NCBI GenBank assembly: GCA_017654855.1
Contig: CM030333.1
Location: 4,402,001 to 4,466,000, forward strand
Direction of reading: 5' to 3'
Length of the DNA stretch: 64,000 bases
From: Podospora anserina
Lineage: Eukaryota
A model generated the notes under the pieces. The model was given only the letters and a program-made list of their open reading frames with translations, was not told the origin of the DNA and made no database searches. Shown here in pieces: positions 58,708 through 64,000 of the stretch. A program made the position numbers and the translations under genes. Positions within the stretch are counted from its first letter, which is position 1. Every line of letters begins with the position of its first letter.

Positions 58708-60154
58708 TTACTCGAGGATGCGGGTGACGAGACCAGTGGCAACAGTGCGGCCACCTTCTCTGATGGTGATGCGCATACCGGCCTCGACGGCAACGGGGTT
58801 GTAGAGCTCGGCCAACATCTCGACGTTGTCACCGGGCATGACCATCTTGCTGGAGGCATCCTCGGTGCCTTCAGGGAAGTAGAGGGTGACGGACTCGTCG
58901 GCGGAGCGGATGTACATCTGGGGGCGGTACTTCTCACCGAAGCCGGAGTGACGGCCACCTTCCTCCTTGGACAGGACGTAGAGGGAGAGCAGGAACTTCT
59001 TGTGGGCAGTGACGGTGCCGGGCTTGGCAACGACCATACCACGCTTGATGTCCTCACGGCGGACACCACGGAGGAGAAGACCGGAGTTGTCACCGGCGCG
59101 GGACTCCTCGCAGGACTTCTTGAAGGTCTCGATGTCGGTGACCTTGGTCTTGATGATCTCGTTGGATTTGCCAATGAGCTCGATATCGGCATCTCTCTTG
59201 AGAGTACCACGCTCGACACGGCCAGAGACAACGGTACCACGGCCGGCAATGGAGAAGACGTCCTCAATGGGCATGAGGAAAGGCTTGTCGGTGTCACGCT
59301 CGGGGGTGGGGATCCACTCATCGACAGCCTTCATAAGCTCATCGATCTTGGACTCGCCAATCTCGGGGCGCTTGCCCTCCATGGCGCAGAGAGCAGAACC
59401 GAGAACGACGGGGGTGTTGTCACCGTCGAAGCCGTACGAGGTGAGAAGCTCACGCATCTCCATCTCGACGAGCTCCAACATCTCGGGGTCCTCGAGGGCA
59501 TCGACCTTGTTGACGAAGACGACGATTCTCTGGATACCCATCTGGCGGGCGAGGAGCAAGTGCTCACGGGTCTGGGGCATCTGTCCATCGGAAGCAGCAA
59601 CGACAATGATGGCACCATCCATGGAGGCGGCACCGGTAATCATGTTCTTGATGTAATCAGCGTGACCAGGGCAGTCGACGTGTGAGTAGTGGCGGGCCTC
59701 GGTCGAGTACTCGATGTGGGCAGTGGAGATGGTGATACCACGCTTGCGCTCTTCGGGGGCCTTGTCGATAGCGCCATACTCGAGGAAGTTGGCCATGCCC
59801 TTCTCGGCTTGCCTCTTGGTGATGGCGGCGGAAAGGGTAGTCTGTGGGAGCTCGGTTAGTGGGGGGTGAGGGCGCAAATTGGGCGCATTCCCGGAGATGT
59901 GCGGACCTTTCCATGATCGACGTGACCGATTGTGCCTTGAACAGTTGTTAGTAACGGTGGCAGGTTCGAGATAATTTGAGGATTAACGCACCAATGTTGA
60001 CGTGGGGCTTGGTGCGCTCAAAAACAGCGTACGACCGGGCAAAGTTAAGGATGGGAGTGCGGGTCTGGCGCTGGAGCTGGACCAGAGGAGTGGCAGACTG
60101 TCTGAGGGTAGCCGCCCTCAGGAAGGGGGCAATGGTTCTGAGGAGGGCAGGCAT
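58708..60154 (-). CDS. tuf1: Mitochondrial translation elongation factor Tu, 3 exons
   Basis: Presequence [11 protein letters not shown]..., then [11 protein letters not shown] | TIGHVDHGK (29-nt exon 59935-59907) | TTLSAAIT..., [24 protein letters not shown]. Confidence 0.96.
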
Positions 60155-60850
60155 GGTGACAATCTGGGAATCGCTCACAAAAACAGAGGGATGCCGAAAG
60201 AGCGGAGAGGTGGGATCAACTGGATGTTGAAGAGTTCGAGCTGCACAAGTTAGAAAATTTGGGAGCTCGGGGGTTCATCCAAACCCGCTAGTGCTGCCCG
60301 GGTCGGGATTGCACGGACTGCCTTGCGCCTCGTGCTGTTTATCTGCATTAGCCTCATCCGATATCACGTGGGTTCGTGCGCAACCCCGCGAGCCCCGCGA
60401 GTACCCCGCGGGCAGTTTTCGTCGCGGACTCGCGATAGATGCCCGCGAGGCATGTCGTGAGGCCCAAGGTGTACCGGAGTGGAGGCGGGGCTGGCAAGTG
60501 ATATGGTAGGTTGCGCGGAAGAATGCTCAATATCAGTTAACGTCATTCAATATCTTGAAGAGGAACTTGCAACAAGGGCCCCTCGACTCTGACATCTGTA
60601 ACCAATTGGCATGTGCTGGTGTTGAGTGAGTTCTTTCCTCTTCCTCCATTGCGGGTGCCCCACTGTTGCGGCTCAGAAATGTGGGCGGAGCAGCGCCTTC
60701 CCAAATAACAGGCAACTGTTTCTGATATCTCACTGAATTGTGCATTGCAAACACTCTCACTTTGACGTTGCAAATGAGATCGGAAACCGCTCTTTGAAAG
60801 TTGGTCTCAATATGCCCAATTTCCTTTCCATTCTCACATCAAATCAACTA

Positions 60851-60922
60851 TCCGGTATAGTGTAACGGTTAACATATCGCGTTTTCACCGCGAAGCTCGG
60901 GGTTCGATTCCCCGTACCGGAG
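60851..60922 (+). tRNA. tRNA-Glu (TTC), intronless
   Basis: Acceptor TCCGGTA/TACCGGA, D-arm GTGT/ACAT, anticodon arm TCGCG-TTTTCAC-CGCGA, T-arm CGGGG-TTCGATT-CCCCG. Confidence 0.95.
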
Positions 60923-60966
60923 TCGATTCCATCACCAACACTCCACAGGAGTGTTGGTGATGATTG

Positions 60967-60971
60967 TTTTT
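60967..60971 (+). terminator. Putative Pol III oligo-T terminator of tRNA-Glu
   Basis: First T5 run downstream of the tRNA. Confidence 0.6.
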
Positions 60972-61921
60972 GGTCTTGTGGTATCTGTTTTGCTTCATTT
61001 GCGTCATCCGCTGCCATGAGGAGGTGTTCCTTCCATTTTTTGTGGAATTTGGGCACATAGCAGGCGTTGCTCCCTCTCTTCATGTTCGTTGCATGCTTTT
61101 TTTTGGCTTTCCTGGCCCCACCTAGACTTGTCGTTCCTTCCGCAACTGTTGGCCCCACCATGCACTTGCACAAAGGAGGTTGTGACACCTCGGCTTCGAG
61201 TTTACAGGTTTTGTCTTATACTCATCAATGTCACCGCCGTCAACACATTTTCCAGCAACAGTTGCTGGAAATGTGCCAACAGCGGCCAGACCGATTGGCA
61301 GAAATCCCGAGATCAGCGAGGCGATTGAGATCTCCGTGAACTCTTCTTCCAACACCTCACACTCACAATAAAGTGCGACAGCCACCACATCCTCCCAGGC
61401 TCCCATCTTGAAGTTCTTCTCATTTTCAGACATCAATATAAGGTGAGGCTCGAGCTCTGCCCAGACTCGGCAATCGCTGACTGTCTGGGCGATGCTTGGC
61501 ATGGTTGTGGTAACCTTTGGTGTGGCTGAACACAGGCGTAACTAAAACATGGTCGTCTGAGTATGCTCAACTGGCTAGGTAGAATACAAGCAGATGGCGT
61601 AAACGCCTATCCTCAACAACTGATGACTCTGATGGTGTGAATCACCGCCGGCCTGGCCAGCAGGAAAGATAAATATCTCTCCCAACAATGCTTGGCAGTC
61701 TCACCACCGAGATCTCATCCGCCTTCCACAGAGTCCAGCATCTCCTGGGCTTTAGCAAAGGGTACAATGTCGTACTAATCTGTTCGTCAGGTCCGCCGTA
61801 CTCTCAGCAATCAATGCCCTGATGGTTGGTGATGAGAATATCACAATATCTGTTTGGGGAATTCCTCTGTTTCATTCCATCCTGTATGCTAAATCCGTCC
61901 CAAACAAATATCTAATTGCAT

Positions 61922-62007
61922 GGTCCGCTGGCGTAATGGCAGCGCGTCTGACTACGATTTCATATTAATCCATCAGGAGGTTCCAGGTTCGACCCCTGGG
62001 CGGATCG
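61922..62007 (+). tRNA. tRNA-Arg (ACG) with 14-nt intron (61958-61971)
   Basis: Acceptor GGTCCGC/GCGGATC, anticodon arm TCTGA-CTACGA[intron]A-TCAGG, T-arm CCAGG-TTCGACC-CCTGG; T6 terminator 62008-62013. Confidence 0.95.
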
Positions 62008-62600
62008 TTTTTTCTTGCCTGGGACTCCCACTCTTGGGAGTGATAACATTCCACGTTGTTGATTTTGGTCTGGCCATTCAGTCATTTTTGTTTTAGAAGC
62101 GAGAATTAACTCCCCCAAGATGTTTTGTGACTCTTTGGATTCGCTTGGTATCCAGCCTCGTAAGACGGCAAAAAACACAATCTCAAAAAGACTCGAAGAC
62201 GTCGAGGATAATCCAGGGTTAGGGTCCCGCCACAAACTCGAATCCTGACTGCGCTCACTCTCGGTTTTCTCAAAAAGCAACTTCAGTTGATTTTTTCCAC
62301 ATCAGTGTGTTCGTGAATAGATTCCCTTGTTTGTACCAATATGTTTGATGCTCTATTTTCCCACTATATTTGACGTTCTCGGGAAAAGCGGAGTATCTTG
62401 GTCAGCAACAACCATCGGCGGTCCCTCACGGCCACTGCCGCCGCCGCCGATAGCAGCGCCGAGACTTTAAAACAAGTCGGCCAAACCCACTCACTCACTC
62501 ACTTGGTCGCTGGGTGAACTCACCTTGCATGCTTGTTTCATAAACTTCAGAGACTCAAACTTCCCTTGTGAACACGACTTTTAAATATTTTTATTGAAAC

Positions 62601-63935
62601 ATGGAGGTGGAGGAGGATACGTCATGGAACGGCGTCGAACACACGGGCGAGGAGGCCATCGATGTCGATGAGCTAAGAGTCATGTATTGCGCTGCTGATT
62701 CTTTCCAGTAAGTTTTCATCTCACCATCACATCACATACATATTGGATTGAAAATATTGACATGAGACGGCAGACAATACCCCCGCCTGGCCCACTACCA
62801 AACCACCCACCTCCGCCGGCAGTCCTTCTACTCCCTCCCCCAAGCCCACCTCCGGCTCCTGTCATCCCCACCGTTCAACTACCTCGAAACGCTTTCCAAA
62901 GTCGACGACTGCATCGACTCCAACGCCGAGCTGTCCAGGGCCATCTTCAAAGCTGCCCTCTCAAACTTCAACCTGGGGGTGCCCGACGAAAAGTCACGGA
63001 CTGCTACTGACACCCTTAAAATCCCGGATGAGTGGGCAGGCTGTGCAAAGAATGGGGATGTGGACAAGGCGAGGAGCACAATTCGTCAGTTCTACCGGGA
63101 CTGGTCGGCAGAAGGAAAAAGGGAGAGGGATGTCTGCTTCCGGAATGTCTTCAAGGTTGTTGAACAAGAGCAGAAGAGGTTGAAAGAAGGGGAGAAACTG
63201 CGGGTTTTGGTGCCGGGCGCGGGGTTGGGGAGGTTGGTGTTTGAACTGTTTCTACGGGGGTGTATAGCGGAGGGGAATGAGATTTCCTACCACCAACTGC
63301 TGGCGAGCTCTTACATCTTGAACTGCTGCGAGCGGGCGGGGCAGTACGAGGTTTTTCCTTGGGTGCATGGGTTTTCGAATCACAGGACAAGAAGGGATCA
63401 GTTTAGGGGGTACAAGGTGCCGGATGTGCACTGTATGAGCGAGACAATGAGGGTGCAGGAGGAGACGGGCAGGGTCGGCGAGATGAGCATGACGGCTGCG
63501 GATTTCTTGTGCGAGTACGCCAAGGAGGAAAACGCGGGGGCGTTTGATGTGGTGGCGGCGGTTTTTTTCCTCGATACGGCCCCGAACCTGATTAGGTATT
63601 TGGATGTGATTTATGGGTGTTTGAAGCCGGGGGGGGTGCTGGTGAACTTTGGGCCGTTGCTGTGGCATTTCGAGGGGGTGATGCCGAATAAGAGTGAGAA
63701 CCAGGCCCATATGAGCGGCGGGGATGATATGACGGGGATTGCGGAGCCGGGGAACTTTGAGCTGACGGATGAGGAGGTGATGGAGCTGGTGACAAAGGTT
63801 GGGTTCGTGGTTGAGTCGAGGGAGACGGGGGTCGAGGCGCCGTATATACATGATACCGAGTCCATGCTGCAGACTGTGTATCGAGCCAGTACGTGGGTTG
63901 CGAGGAAGCCGGTCATCAAGGCGGATACTTCTTAG
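62601..63935 (+). CDS. Carnosine N-methyltransferase (N2227-like family), 2 exons
   Basis: Exon 1 MEVEEDT...YCAADSFQ, intron from 62709 (GTAAGT) to 62773 (CAG). Motifs DVDKARSTIRQFYRDWSAEG, VLVPGAGLGRL, GNEISYHQL, FFLDTAPN and NFGPLLWHF. Confidence 0.92.
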
Positions 63936-64000
63936 AGGGTGCATATATTTATCTCAAAAAATAAAACAAAAATGCTCAAAATGCTAAATAACAACTCCTC

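Noticed and set aside
55249-59685. Long + strand ORFs 55249..56025, 56022..56606, 58948..59685 and 59000..59656
   Set aside because: Antisense shadows of the highly codon-biased erp38 and tuf1 genes.
63933-64000. Stop-loss editing at the carnosine methyltransferase stop (TCT TAG AGG, open to the window end)
   Set aside because: The context fits, but the downstream sequence is AT-rich and UTR-like and is cut by the window edge; there is no independent support.

Overview
Intron-containing DNA from a filamentous ascomycete. GTRNGT/CTRAC/YAG splice signals, gene content and codon style suggest Sordariales, probably Podospora-like; this is inference. I can reconstruct about 15 protein-coding genes: PP2A B56 subunit, TFIIIC tau95 subunit, a divergent eL43 paralog, grg-1/ccg-1, EBP/EXPERA protein, an orphan 7-TM GPCR-like protein, a C2H2 transcription factor, Nnt1/Efm7 methyltransferase, Hrd1, Tul1/Dsc1, HSBP1, ERp38/TigA, uS14/Rps29, mitochondrial EF-Tu and carnosine N-methyltransferase. 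The window also holds two tRNA genes, a full-length DD34E Tc1-like transposon with a single frameshift, and an AhpD/CMD-like pseudogene. Main finding: an orphan gene of about 1024 codons (48182-51256) is split by one in-frame TAG. The TAG lies in a hairpin loop in UUAGCA context, and the MPGY repeat motif continues across it. This fits a premature-stop-codon gene restored by sexual-stage A-to-I editing (UAG to UGG) or by readthrough. Other notable items: the intact but divergent, poorly codon-optimised eL43 paralog; a 543-nt stop-free in-frame intron with a nested alternative donor in the C2H2 factor, which follows a 15-kb gene desert; and a perfect 15-bp hairpin in the tRNA-Glu 3' trailer.
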